Source: Nemertoderma westbladi
Taxonomy: Eukaryota; Animalia; Xenacoelomorpha
Assembly (NCBI GenBank): GCA_032718475.1
Contig: JAUCBJ010000981.1
Span: forward strand, 1-64,000
Length of the DNA: 64,000 bases
Direction of reading: 5' to 3'
Part shown: positions 13,289 to 27,648 of the stretch, piece after piece
Numbering within the stretch: position 1 is the stretch's first letter
Layout: each line of letters starts with the position of its first letter
Position numbers and translations under genes: made by a program
The notes under the pieces: model-generated
The model's database searches: none
What the model was told of the DNA's origin: nothing
The model's input: the letters and a program-made list of their open reading frames with translations, nothing else

Positions 13289-14806
13289 CTGTAGAGGACA
13301 ATTATCTATGGTATTTTGGAGGAAGAATTATATCAAAGCTTTGGTGGCTTTGTATCAAAAATTGTATATACAATTATAAATTTTATAGTTTGCAAGCCAT
13401 TGAGTTACAATTGAGATTTTAGACCATTTCGCCAAATTAAATAAATGAATAAATATGCTCAACAAAGCGATATCTCACAGTCGTTTCTTTAATACATATT
13501 TGTTTGACTTTAAGTTTCATAATTGTTTTTAATTAATAGTCCATTGTTTTTATTATGAATGGGAGAATCTTTTAGGCTCGTTAACCCAAGGAATGCCTGT
13601 TCACCACCATGGGGGATTGTTTTTATTATGAAAACCAGATTAGACCATGTCCATATTCCACTCCCTAGCATACAAATCCTACATATTTTTTTCTGTAGTA
13701 CTTTTTTAAAATTCTGATATTGACATGCAGAAATTAAAGTATCTCGGAATGACGGATTCCTGTCAGTTGTATGCAGCGATGGATAGAATTGTGCCAGTAT
13801 GGAAATTTATACAAAGTGTCATCTGTGGTGAGAAGGTTCAGGTTGGTTCGGGTTGTTATATGCAAATTCTGACAAATGAAGTGATATGAGAGCGCAGAAA
13901 AAAATTTGACTTACTAGATATTTAGAGCAGAAATTCCGGTTTTCAAAATAATAGGAATGCCTGCCCAGAATTTAAAAGTGAATTTGATTAACTTAGGCGA
14001 CATTTCCGGGACATTTTGGACTAACCTTTGAATTTAAATAGGAATCTTGATGTAAATTGGTTGTCTGACAGAATACATGTTAATTACAATCACTATGCAT
14101 TTAGAATCAGCGAGGGGATGTGTTCAAGGTATCAAGAAGCTATTTGCTCTGAATAATTCTTGATTCTTGTCTAACCACATAATATAGATGGAATGGAAAT
14201 ACAGACACACACCCCCCTACGCCTACACACCCACACTAGTTATCGTAGACGAGGTGGGGGGGGGGGGGGGGGGGGGGGGGGACGCAAATCCCATCTTGGC
14301 GAATTAATATCCTGCCTCAATGTTCAATTCTCAATTTAGGGAAAGGATCAGGTTACAGTGACGCGTTTTTAACCAAAACAATAAACTAAACACAATAGAA
14401 AAGGAAACAGTTTTATTTTTGCGTCCAATTTCCCCTGGAGAGGGATGAATTTTTATGGCGTCCAGTTTCCCCCCTATTTGAGTTATTGACAGTAGACGTA
14501 AAGGAAAATACAAAATAGCCCTGGACGTTGATTAGCTATGCTAATCAGCGGTCTAATATGTTCAGACATTGGATGGCCTGGTTGGTTTCTAGAATTATTC
14601 TACTGCCTAATATATTACCGGGATGATAGGCAGGGTTCATGCAATACTGTTGCAATAGAATACCGTTTTACTAAGGATATAATCTGGTCCTCTAACTGGG
14701 ACCCCTTTCGTTCTGGGGTGGGGACGCCCTTGAGTGCACTCCACTGCGACCTGCACCTGGCACCAGGGGTACAGGACAGTAGATGTGCGTGCAGCATAGC
14801 CAATGG

Positions 14807-14931
14807 TTATAACTTTATTTGGGCACAGCTTTGCAAGGTGTCCAGGTGGGATCGAACTGGTTGCTGACGTCATTGCCGACTTTGCAAAGCTGTGCCCAAA
14901 TAAAGTTATAATAATATGAAACCGCCCAATA
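14807..14931. mobile_element. Fold-back copy of a SINE-like repeat
   Basis: 30-bp perfect inverted repeat (14807-14836 / 14882-14911), flanked by direct repeat ATAGCCAATGGT; homologous to 34536-34612. Confidence 0.65.
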
Positions 14932-15039
14932 ATAGCCAATGGTGGTGCATATACTTCAGTGTAGGTATGGGTGTTGGGCCATATATCTAGAATGGCAAAC
15001 CAAGGTGCGGTATTGCACCTCCTACCCCGAATATGGATT

Positions 15040-16900
15040 ACATTACTAATGCGGATGTGCGGCCACTAGATGCCGGTGGAATAACAAGACACAATTGACC
15101 TTACAGGCGTTAGTTATCTCCTGACCAACTGCCTATCTTACCACATGAGAGAGAGCGGCCAACAATTCGGTGAGTTCCTTTCCTGATGACCTTTCTTGCC
15201 CAAACTCTGGGTCACATGGGAGAGTTACTATCCTGTTCCACAATGACAACCAAGTCATTGGTGACCCTTGTTGGAAATAATGGAGCTACCTAATGCGTAA
15301 TCTTTACACCACACAATAGTATAATATAATTCAATAAGTGGCGCTCTAAACTGGCAGCTGGCTTGGTCAATCCCTACAGAGAATCGCCCTCTGATTTATC
15401 ACCCTCCCATTATTGCCATCTGATTGGTCTGCTAAGAAGGTGTGCCATCCAGATTTTGTATAGATACACTAACTTTTGCCAGAAACGCCAGTTGAGTGAT
15501 TTGTTGAGCCTGCTAGATAGTATGCTCAGCAAGTCAGCAAGTAGTTCTACCATTGCTTGGTCAGCTATTCTTCGGTAAAACCTAGCCATCGCATTGTATC
15601 TCTACTGTAGGCTGTTACTGGTAGTGGTATAGAATAAATATGTTACTTACTGTAGAGAATGAATGTTCTTTGGCGGCTGAATGTTGTTTAAGTTATATAG
15701 TAGTACTGATATAGTAAGAAAATTTATATGGGTAACCTTGACAATAATGCTCGTTTCTTGTATTTCTGAAGAAAGTAATGCATCAGAAACCTTGCACAAG
15801 ACGCAGAGTTTTTTTAGACTCTACAAACCTGATGCAAGTCATTGGACTATCCTCAGTTAATACCCTAACTCTCAGGTCCCCATAAAGGACAAGGGGGGCT
15901 GTCTGCCCAGGGAGATAAGCTTTGCTTTAGTGCAGTGGGTATTCAAGTGTACCGAATGCAGACTGGTCAGAATGACGATCTTCTGATTAAGGACGCCTGG
16001 GGACAGTAGGCAAATTGCCCTCGCATCAGCATATGATAGTAGCAATATGGTAGAATTGGTCTATATTGATGAATCCAACTGGACATATGCAGCTTTCGAC
16101 AAAATAGACCAAATCTCCAATCAATTCATCCATTGCCATTTCTCATGTTCCGCGGCTACGAATTTTTCTAAGCTGGTTTTGATTGTGTGATATTCTCAAA
16201 CTAGTGTTGCCCCAGTAGAGGTGGACAATTTATACATCGCCAGTATCCATAGCTCCTCAACATTGCCATGGGTCTTCTTGATAGTGTCACCCGAAATTCA
16301 GTTCTTCTTCAGGACTTTAAATCTGGAAATGGGTTGTTCTTGGCTGGGACCCAGTTAATAAGTGAACTGAAATGCTGTTGACACATACTGGACCCTGGTC
16401 ACAAGTTCTATATCGTTTCGTAAGAAATACAGGAGCTCTGTACATGACTGTACAGGATTTACTCTTCGCACCTTCACCAGTGATCATTCTCATTGTGGCT
16501 AAGGTAAGACTTAGTCTCCATGTTGGCAGAACTAAAAAATCTACCTTGTCACAGCATGATTGGTCCCCTATATTGCAACAGCCCAGTATGAGATCAAGCT
16601 TCATACGAGCAACATGTATGAGAAGACCCTTGCATCTGCGGCAAAGGATCATTGTGAGGGCTATGTGCCCTTCACTGAGGCACGTACGGCAGCAGCTGGA
16701 GAAACAGTTCCTGTATACCCTCGAAACAGAAAAAAGGCACCCTGGACAGACCACCGAATTTGAAAGTGCTGAGAGAATCTCACTAAGGCACTGAGAGATT
16801 CCCGACTCAAACGGACTTCAGTGCTCGAGAATGCAGTTAAGGCTGTATATAGGTCCCTGAACAGGTAGTACAGTATAATCTACAGGAGCTTATCAACCAT
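15040..16900 (+). mobile_element. Degraded RTE-type LINE: 5' region plus APE endonuclease and linker
   Basis: Remnants AVGIQ(E)xR, GxxIGLL, VAKVRLSL..HDWS, ETVPVYPRNRKKAPW; homologous to 36840-37393. Contains an unaligned stretch at about 15290-15850. Confidence 0.65.
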
Positions 16901-18419
16901 CAGGTTGATGCCATCAATGATGCTGATGACAGCAGGTAATCATTCCTGGCATAGAAACCAGCTGGTGACCAGCTGATCGCCTCAATGGTTGGAAGGCCCA
17001 TTTTGAAAAGCTCCTAAACATTGACAGGGTATAATTGCCTGAAACTTTATAGAAGTAAAAGTGTCTGAGTCTGCACTTCCAGATATTCCGAATGGCGAAA
17101 TCCAGGCTAGTCACTGGTCAGATTACCACATTGAGGATTCCAATCGGTACTATGGATCTGCATATAAAGCGCAGCTATCCCAGCCACGTATTCAAAGTTA
17201 GGGACCTTCATTGGGTGGTGAGAATATCGAAATAAATAAATTGGAGTTGATATCGAAAGCCCTAATCTGATTCCGGAGTTGATTCCTGATCTCTAGTTGA
17301 ATATCTACCACACTTCTCACATTCACTCTGGGTTCGGACAGGGAAGCTGCTGTTGGAAGATCCAGTCAAGTGATGAGGCGATGAGTCAAGTGATGGACCC
17401 CAGAGGAAGTGTCATAAATACAAATGCTTGTGTGCCTTACAACTAGTATTATTTCTTATACCAACTAGTCCTAATGTGCATCTCACCAATACACCAAATA
17501 AGATACACACAACTACATTGTGAACAACGTACAACCAATAAATCTTACTAAGTAGCAAATACACTGATAGAGTAGTTAGAAAGAGGTGATATTTGTTGTA
17601 GAACTACACTCTAGGAATGAAATCCACATCCAATATCGACATGTTAATTACACCAATAAAACCAATAACACCAACATCTGCTCACTCTACAGTTAGCATT
17701 AATCAGCATTAAACATTAATCATTATCTATACCAAATCAAGGCACCTGTACACTAACTAAAGCTACTCATCGATCTGTGAAGGCCCACTTCCGAGCACAA
17801 TATATTGTCCCCTTCTACTGTATAACAATGGTTACCTCCTAATTACTGGAAGTATGCTATATCCTCTACAGTATACAGTAATAACCACCTCCATATAATC
17901 ATTGCACTTAATTTGGGCTTTAGTCAATATCGATATGCAGTTTCTCACCCATGTAACTCACCCATCTCTCCCATACAGCACACACTCTCACATCCTACCA
18001 TATCTCACTTGACAGCCAATAATACGTTCTCCGTTATTACCCATCTAATATCATCCTTTATTGGTTTTGGTACTATCATTCATTCAATACACTTAATGTG
18101 CAGTCTGAAATGTTGGTCTGCAGGTAATGTGCACATAATGGTTTTCCTAACCATTTATGTCTTGGGTAGTACACCGCAGTTTTCAGTATCATAATAGTAT
18201 CTTGTAACCATAGAGCACTGCTTAAGTTGGGTTGGTGTGATGCTTGTATCCATACTTGCCTACTTCCACTTATATACTACATAAACGTTTGCTTTCAATG
18301 TAAAATGGAAAAAACAAAAATAAAATATAAAGTATAAATAAAGCTTTATTTTACTATTTTATTATTACTTCTAATCATATTTGCTATTATTATATTTCCC
18401 TGTTATGTGGTGTATGTAA

Positions 18420-19890
18420 GATTATGGTGTCCATTCTAGCAGACTGCTAGCTGGTCGTACATGTCTTCAAATTTTTTGCACCTATCTTACCACTGAGTTT
18501 GAATTCTACGGTTCGAATTTTGCCATCCTTTCCATGGTGGAAAGCGACAATTCTGGCCATGTACCATATGCTTCCCAGAATTGTATTGTCAGTGACTATG
18601 ACGAGGTATCCTTTCTGTAGGTCTTGTCCTTCCTTACCCCATTTATGGCACTTATGATGTGTTAGTAGGTAGGTATTCTCGAATCCAGTGGTCCCAATAT
18701 TCCATCGAGATGGCATTGGCAACCTTCCATGACTGCCTGGCATCAATATCGTTCTTGTCAGAAGGATTGATGATAATTTGCACTGGTCGCTCCTGCAGTA
18801 AGTGGGATGGTGTTAAGGGGTCTACTATTAAGGATTCAGGGTCATTGTTGAGTGGACACAGCGATCGGCTATTGAGAATCTCCTCACGTTTTGCCATGAC
18901 ATTATTGAACACATCCTCTGTTACGGTATGATGGTCATCAGAATCGTCATGCTTCTCTTGGCACTCCCTAGGCCTACTAATCATGCATTCTACGAAGCTG
19001 AGTGTGTATGGTGCATATGGTATATACATTCACCATGACACTTTGTTTCCTAATAGCTGTTATGGCAGTGGTGCTATTGAGGTTATCAGAGTACAACTTA
19101 TCTAGGTGTCCCCCTCTTCTGTTAATAAAGGCGATCAGCCTTTATGTTGCTCAAGATCATTGAGGCATCTATGGCATCTTCTATGTGACAGTATTGCATA
19201 CGAAGATGAAGCCATACGATTTTTGGTTTGTCATTGTCCTTTATCAGGATTTGGTCAATCAAAGCAATCATATCAGCACCTGTGTGCGTGAATGGTAGTT
19301 GGTATGTCTTTATCCTTTCTTCTAGGAGGAGGCCATGAGTTTCCAAGCTCTTTGTCAATGCTGTTTCAGACATGTGTTGCAGTGTTGAGATTATGGGTTT
19401 CAGTAGGCCCAGTACTTTCTCCCCATTTGCTCAGAGTAGAGTTTTTCCCTCCATGCAAGATCTTTGTGTGTTCGTCCCAAATAATTTGTTTTACTATTGA
19501 GGATTCGGATGAAAGGATGATAGGTCATGGTGGTATTATTGATGTCAGGTAAGTTGGCTTGAACTTCATTAAAATGAATTCAAAGTTTAATATAATTTTT
19601 CGAACTTCCTTCCCCCCTGTTTGATGATTCCTTCTATAGTATTCCCTGACACCATGCCCGTGTGGTTGTATATGAGGAACACTTCGCCCCATGTTCTGTA
19701 CTATCATCTTATAGATAGGGATATTCCTAGGTTTGACTTCTCCGTTGTACCATAGGAATCATTGACTGTCACTATAATTGTTGGTTATGTTTACCATGTT
19801 AAACATTACCTGAATGTCGCATATAAATGCAAGCTTTCCATAACGAAAGCGAAGGAGAACTTCGATGCCAGTGTTGTATATGTTGGGTAG
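18420..19890 (-). pseudogene. Degraded, internally deleted BEL/Pao pol
   Basis: Integrase C-terminus (EEILNSRSLCP...PLTPSHLL...YWDHWIREYLPT, GKDGKIRTVE) and an RT remnant (VLLRFRYGKLAFICDIQVMF) near 19800-19890. Confidence 0.85.
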
Positions 19891-20219
19891 TATAATTAAT
19901 ATAATAATAATAATAATAATAATACGAATAATTCAATAATATAATTGTGTCTAAGGCAATTTTCGTGTCATGAGGCTATTTTTCGAAATTAAAAAAGACA
20001 CTTTAACAATTTTTTTCGAAACGTATTTTTTCAAATCCTAGGGTTGAGCTGCGTCGATTGATATCTTTCATTGATGGATGAGCTATAGCTTCGGAGGATT
20101 TTACATGAAATACATACATACATACACCCATACATACAGAATACTTTAACAGTAATAAGCCCTAACGGCCTTCTAATAAGCTCATTATTTAACAACCTCC
20201 ATGATGAAGCGGTGATGAT

Positions 20220-20590
20220 ATGGTTCTTGCTGAAACTCAAGCTATCTCACTCTCACATATTTCTGGCTAAAACTGATACAATTTCATAAAGTAATGTCTA
20301 CAATTGACGCTTTCTCACATTGTTCTGGCTAAAACTGACGCTATCCCACATAGTTCTGGCTATAACATATACCACCTCACATAGTTCTGGCTAAAAATGA
20401 CGCTATCCCAACTAGTTATGTCTTCTTACATGTATCTAGCTAAAACAGATGCTATCTTACATGGTTTTGGCTAAAACAAACCCTATTTCACATAGTTCTG
20501 GCTAAAACTGATGACATTTCACATAGTTATGCCTAAAATTGATACTAATCTCACATAGTTATGAGAAAAACTGACGATATCCCACACAGC
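20220..20590. repeat. Diverged ~31-bp monomer repeats (CACATAGTTCTGGCTAAAACTGACGCTATC-like)
   Basis: Repeated cacatagtt..ggctaaaactga motifs at about 31-bp spacing. Confidence 0.8.
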
Positions 20591-20811
20591 TATTTTCCAC
20601 ATACTCATTATATTAACCGCGATTTCACAAGTACCCTTTGAAATCTATTTGCATGGTTCATGCAAAATTTCATCAAAATGGTTAGCGCCGTTTTTGCTCT
20701 AGGTCAGTAGTCAGTTAGCCAGTAGTCAGTAGCCAGTAGTCAGTAGCCAGTAGTCAGTAGCCAGTAGGCAGTAGCTTTTTTTTCTTACAGTAATCAAGTC
20801 TAACGACTTTC

Positions 20812-23800
20812 TAACTAATCTCAAATAGTTAGGACAAAAACTGACACTGAAAATTGATACTAATCTCAAATAGCTAGGACACAAACTGACAATATTCCAC
20901 ATAGTTATGCCTAAAATTGATACTAATCTCAAATAGCTAGGACACAAACTGACAATATTCCACATAGTTATGGCTAAAATTGATACTAATCTCAAATAGT
21001 TAGGACACAAACTGACGATATCCCACATAGTTATGCCTAAAATTTATACTAATCTCACATAGTTAGGACACAAACTGACGATATCGCACATAGTTATGCC
21101 TAAAATTGATACTAATCTCACATAGTTAGGAGAAAAACTGACGATATCCCACATAGTTATGCCTAAAATTGATACTAATCTCACATAGTTAGGACAAAAA
21201 CTGACGATATCCCATATAGTTATGTCTAAAATTGATACTAATCTCACATAGTTAGGAGAAAAACTGACGATATCGCCCATAGTTATGTCTAAAATTGATA
21301 CTAATCTCACATAGTTAGGAAAAAAACTGACGATATCCCATATAGTTATGCCTAAAATTGATACTAATCTCACATAGTTAGGAGAAAAACTGACGATATC
21401 CCACATAGTTATGCCTAAAATTGATACTAATCTCACATAGTTAGGAGAAAAACTGACGATATCGCCCATAGTTATGTCTAAAATTGATACTAATCTCACA
21501 TAGTTAGGAGAAAAACTGACGATATCCCACATAGTTATGCCTTAAATCGATACTAATCTCACATAGTTAGGAGAAAAACTGACGATATCCCACATAGTTA
21601 TGCCTAAAATTGATACTAATCTCACATAGTTAGGAGAAAAACTGACGATATCCCACATAGTTATGCCTAAAATTGATACTAATCTCACATAGTTAGGAGA
21701 AAAACTGACGATATCCCACATAATTATGCCTAAAATTGATACTAATCTCACATAGTTAGGACAAAAACTGACGATATCGCACATAGTTCTGCCTAAAATT
21801 GATACTAATCTCACATAGATAGGAGAAAAACTGACTATATCGCACATAGTTCTGCCTAAAATTGATACTAATCTCACATAGTTAGGACAAAAACTGACGA
21901 TATCCGACATAGTTATGCCTAAAATTGATACTAATCTCACATAGATAGGAGAAAAACTGACGATATCCCACATAGTTATGCCTAAAATTGATACTAATCT
22001 CACATAGTTAGGACACAAACTGACGATATCGCACATAGTTCTGCCTAAAATTGATACTAATCTCACATAGTTAGGAGAAAAACTGACGATATCGCACATA
22101 GTTATGCCTAAAATTGATACTAATCTCACATAGTTAGGACAAAAACTGACGATATCCCACATAGTTATGCCTAAAATTGATACTAAACTCACATAGTTAG
22201 GACAAAAACTGACGATATCCGACATAGTTATGCCTAAAATTGATACTAATCTCACATAGTTAGGAGAAAAACTGATGATATCGCACATAGTTATGCCTAA
22301 AATTGATACTAAACTCACATAGTTAGGAGAAAAACTGACGATATCCCATATAGTTATGCCTAAAATTGATACTAATCTCACATAGTTAGGACAAAAACTG
22401 ACGATATCCGACATAGTTATGCCTAAAATTGATACTAATCTCACATAGTTAGGACAAAAACTGACGATATCGCACATAGTTCTGCCTAAAATTGATACTA
22501 ATCTCACATAGTTAGGTGAAAAACTGACGATATCGCACATAGTTATGCCTAAAATTGATACTAAACTCACATAGTTAGGAGAAAAACTGACGATATCCCA
22601 TATAGTTATGCCTAAAATTGATACTAATCTCACATAGATAGGACAAAAGCTGACGATATCGCCCATAGTTATGCCTAAAATTGATACTAATCTCACATAG
22701 TTAGTACAAAAACTGACGATATCGCACATAGTTCTGCCTAAAATTGATACTAATCTCACATAGTTAGGAGAAAAATTGACGATATCGCACATAGTTCTGC
22801 CTAAAATTGATACTAATCTCACATAGTTAGGAGAAAAACTGACGATATCGCACATAGTTAGTTATGCCTAAAATTGATACTAAACTCACATAGTTAGGAC
22901 AAAAAAAACTGACGATATCCGACATAGTTATGCCTAAAATTGATACTAATCTCACATAGTTAGGACAAAAACTGACGATATCGCACATAGTTCTGCCTAA
23001 AATTGATACTAATCAAAACTGACGATATCGCACATAGTTATGCCTAAAATTGATACTAAACTCACATAGTTAGGACAAAAACTGACGATATCGCCCATAG
23101 TTATGCCTAAAATTGATACTAATCTCACATAGTTAGGAGAAAAACTAACGATATCCCACATAGTTATGCCTAAAATTGATACTAATCTCACATAGATAGG
23201 AGAAAAACTGACGATATCGCACATAGTTATGCCTAAAATTGATACTAATCTCACATAGTTAGGACAAAAACAGACGATATCGCACATAGTTCTGCCTAAA
23301 ATTGATACTAATCTCACATAGTAAGGAGAAAAACTGACGATATCCCACATAGTTATGCCTAAAATTGATACTAATCTCGCATAGATAGGAGAAAAACTGA
23401 CGATATCGCACATAGTTATGCCTAAAATTGATATTAATCTCACATAGTTAGGACAAAAACTGACGATATCGCACATAGTTCTGCCTAAAATTGATACTAA
23501 TCTCACATAGTTAGGAGAAAAAACTGACGATATCCCACATAGTTATGCCTAAAATTGATACTATTCTCACATAGATAGGAGAAAAACTGATGATATCCCA
23601 TATAGTTATGCCTAAAATTGATACTAATCTCATATAGTTAGGACAAAAACTGACGATATCGCACATATTTCTGCCTAAAATTGATACTAATCTCACATAG
23701 TTAGGAGAAAAACTGACGATATCGCATATAGTTCTGCCTAAAATTGATACTAATCTCACATAGATAGGAGAAAAACTGACGATATCGCATATAGTTATGC

Positions 23801-24185
23801 CTAAAATTGATACTAAACTCACATAGTTAGGACAAAAGCTGACGATATCGCCCATAGTTATGCCTAAAATTGATACTAATCTCACATAGTTAGGAGAAAA
23901 ACTAACGATATCCCACATAGTTATGCCTAAAATTGATACTAATCTCACATAGATAGGACACAAACTGACGATATCGCACATAGTTATGCCTAAAATTGAT
24001 ACTAATCTCACATAGATAGGACACAAACTGACGATATCGCACATAGTTATGCCTAAAATTGATACTAATCTCACATAGTTAGGAGAAAAACTGACGATAT
24101 CCCACATAGTTATAACTTACATTGATTCTAATCTCACATACTTAGGACAAAAAAATTGAACATATCACACATAGTTAAGTCTAAA
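20812..24185. repeat. Satellite of 63-bp units (32+31-bp dimer), about 50 copies
   Basis: Unit CACATAGTTATGCCTAAAATTGATACTAATCT + CACATAGTTAGGAGAAAAACTGACGATATCC; 21-aa periodicity in the ORF track. Confidence 0.97.
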
Positions 24186-25796
24186 CTGACGATATATAAT
24201 GTGATTATCGCTAAAACTTATGTTATGTCACATGGTTCTCAGGACATAAATGTAATTTGACCAGTAGATATCTGTATAAGTGACTAAATTGATAGTTAAA
24301 TCATTAAAATGTTTTTTCTGTGATTAGATATCCTGAGTATATATGTAATCACACTTCACAGAGGAAATTTGCATTGGTTATGCATTGGTTTCAAGAGCAC
24401 ACACCTCTGTCATTAAATTTAAGAGACCACTGACAGCTGTCAACTGTTACTTAATTTAATTTAACGTAGAATTAAGATTACAATTGACTAATCCTTATTG
24501 CCTCCAACGAGAAATTCGTGTAACTGCAGTGCATTAAATTAGGGTAATAACATAGTCCAGTCAATCGGCTACTCACTGAAAGGGAGCCCTGAAAAATAGC
24601 AAGAAAGCAGTACTAGTTTAGGTACTAGTTCGCCATGTCGACACCTCTGTCTAATTTTGTACTACTTTTTGTAATTTATAAATATTCTTTAATTCTTCTT
24701 CTAAAATTAAAATATTATGTCTGATACGTGCACTATTTATTCAGGAAATCAAAAAATATTGTTTATTTGTTGTAAGTCACTTTTTTTGTCAAAGTCGTTA
24801 ACAAGTTTGACAAAAAAAGAACACTTTTTTATCAACAAAAAAAGTAATGCTTCCATGACATGAATAATAATATTGCATTTAAATGGATAATAGATTAAAT
24901 AGATAATTTATAATACAGTACTAGCTAGATTTTGACAATTTTTTTATAAATGTTATAGAACACGCATTGGCTATCAATTTTGATAAACATTTTTGTTATA
25001 GAACACTTTTTTTGTTCTAGAACATATTTTATATTTTTTATACTAGCTAGGTTTTTCTACTTTTTCATAAATGTTATAGAACAAGTGTTAGTTGTCAATT
25101 TTGATAAATATTTATTTTCTTGAACACATTTTTTTTCTCGAACATTTTTTGGAAAAAATATCATACTAATATCAGTAGGTCAAATATTTGTTCTTAAAAA
25201 AAAAACCTCATTATAAAAGTGTTAGTTATCAATTTTGATAAATATTTCTGTTCTTGAACATATTTTTTTCTAGAACATTTTTTTGGAAAAAATATCGTAC
25301 TACTGTCAGAAGGTCAAATATTTGTTCTAGAAAAAAAAACCTCATGATAAATGCCATTTTATATTAAAAAAAATGGTCAAACTATGGGTACCCAAGGTAT
25401 AGTAATGCCCGTATTTCACTATGGAAGAAGCTTCGATGGACGATGTTTATGCTGAACTAGGCCCAGATAAAAGTGAGAGAAGACTTACAACAAATAAAAG
25501 GGCGTAAGTGGTGGCAAAAAGTAACATTTTTTTGTCTTTCTTTTGTAGTTATAAAAAAAGCCTACTTTAATTTTGCCACCACTTAACTAGTTATTATTTG
25601 TGGTAAGTCAATTTCTTTCTGAAATTCGTTAACAAGTTTGACAAAAAAAGAACACTTTTTGTCAACAAAAAAGTAAAAATGTTTAATTAAATTTCAAAGT
25701 CATTTCCATGACATTGATTTTTTATACTAGCTAATTTTTTATAAATGTTATAGAAGACGTGTTAGCTATCAATTTTGATAAATAGATCAAATAAAT

Positions 25797-26389
25797 TGTG
25801 ACGGGATCAAGGGATCCCGACCGGTTTGTTGAACTACGCGTCACCGCGATATTGAGAATGGGAAAAGTTTGTTGTTATCTCTTTGATTCTTTAGTAATTA
25901 ATATCAATCAAATGAATAGTCAATAATAGCACAGTTGTGATGGATAATGTATGTGTATTGTATACTGGTAATAGGATAATAGGTGATGGTGACGGTGACG
26001 GTGGAAAACATCACCGGTCTGTACTGAACTGAATGACTGAGTAAACTGACTAACTGATATAATTAACTGATAATGTATGTATTCATTCCTACATTACTTT
26101 GGCCTTTGTCCAGTGGATACTTTTCCCGGCTCCCATTGGTTGATGACCTACTTCACGCCTCTCACCTCTGTGGGAGTGCATCCCCCCCCCCCCCGCTGTT
26201 GGTTATCTGCCCTCTCGAGGTGGTTTGACCTCTAACCTCCCTTTGTGTGGCTTTTGGGGTGTATGTTATCCCCGTTATTGGGCGTGATACGAGATTGGTT
26301 GTTATCAATCTCGTATCTCCAATATTGCTGAAAAGGGCGCCACTTCCCAACTTTATGGGGGTAATGAGGCGGAATTGTATCCGCTCACA
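25797..26389 (-). mobile_element. Solo LTR related to the LTRs at 48323 and 54656
   Basis: TGTGA...TCACA termini, flanks TAAAT/TAGAT (5-bp TSD with one mismatch), and colinear motifs shared with the 549-bp LTR. Confidence 0.85.
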
Positions 26390-26521
26390 TAGATTTTTGT
26401 TCTAGAAGATATTTTATTTTTTTTGTTCTAGAACACGTTTTTATATATTTTTTTTTAGTACCGGTAGCTAGTTTTTCTACTTTTTTTAAAATAAATGTTA
26501 TAGAACACGACGTCACCCTTC

Positions 26522-27648
26522 GGTACTACTATGTTATGGGTACCCACTTTTTAAACAAATTTTTTCATATGAAAATGGCTTTTATCATTAGGTTTTTTGT
26601 TCTAGAACAAATATTTAACCTTCTGCCAGTACGATGGTAGCTAGTAATTTTGATTTTGTGTTAGCTAGTACTTTTTATTAGCTAATGAAAAAATTATAAT
26701 TGAAAAATTGAAAAAAAAATTTGACCAACTTTTTTTGTAAAAATGTATTTTATTATGAGGTTTTTTTTATTTAGAAAAAATGTTTGACCTTCTGACAGTA
26801 CTGTAAGATGTTAGCTAGTACTTTTGATTTTGTGTTAGCTAGTACTATTTATTAGCTAGTAAATGTAAGATATACCGGTAATTTAATTCTCAATTATATA
26901 TTTGCATGGAATAATTTATGAGTCATGGTGTAGATAGTAATTTTTATTTGATAGTCAAAGTAGCTAGTAATTATTCACTAGCCATTTTTTCTATATTTTA
27001 TACAAAATATAGATGTCAAAATAGAGTTTTTACATATTTTACTTATTTAGGTCTATTTTACTTATTACTAGATTTATTAACTTTTTATTAATTGCGAGAA
27101 TATATTGATGATATGGAAATTGTCTAAATAAAAGGGGCACTACAAAAATGTCTTTTGTAATTTTAAGATCACTAGCTACCTTTAAAAACACTACCTGTAG
27201 CTACCATAATAAAAAATAATAGCTATCCTCTCTCAGAAGGCGAAAAAATTTATGTTCTAGAACGAAAAAACCATCTTGATAATATCCTTTAACATGGTCC
27301 AAAATATTATTTTGTAATTTTAAGATCACTAGCTACCTGTAAAAAAAGCTACCTTAATAAAAAATAATTGGTAACCTCTCTCAGAAGGTGAAATTTATAT
27401 TCTTGAACGAAAAACATCATGATAATATCCAATAACATGGTAAAAAAAATTAGGTACCAAAAATGTGGTTTTGAAATTTTAAAAACAGTAGCTACCTAAA
27501 CGAAATCACTAGCTAGCATAAAAAAAATAATAGCGAACATCTAACAGAAGATGACATTAATGTTCTAAAACAAAAAACCTCAAGATAATAGCCATCAACA
27601 TTGTCAAATAAATGGTCAAAAAGTGGGTACCCATAACATAGTAGTGCC
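26522..27648. mobile_element. AT-rich non-autonomous DNA transposon/fold-back element with ~30-bp TIRs
   Basis: GGTACTACTATGTTATGGGTACCCACTTTTT at 26522 and its reverse complement (one mismatch) ending at 27648. No clear TSD. Confidence 0.7.

Noticed and set aside
14255-14281. Long G run as a functional G-quadruplex
   Set aside because: Poly-G runs recur inside repeat ends here (also about 34927 and 42267) and their lengths are unreliable in assemblies.
15000-15055. HDV-like ribozyme at the RTE 5' end (GCACCTCCT...CTAATGC)
   Set aside because: I could not build P1, P3 and P4 convincingly; too degenerate.
15183-15210. CTGATGA hammerhead core (also at about 36985)
   Set aside because: No stem II or GAAA follows.
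20726-24107. Long repetitive hydrophobic ORFs as real genes
   Set aside because: They are translations of a 63-bp satellite, broken by indels, with no unique flanking coding sequence or splice signals.
20812-24185. CRISPR-like array
   Set aside because: There are no unique spacers, no cas genes, and the context is eukaryotic.
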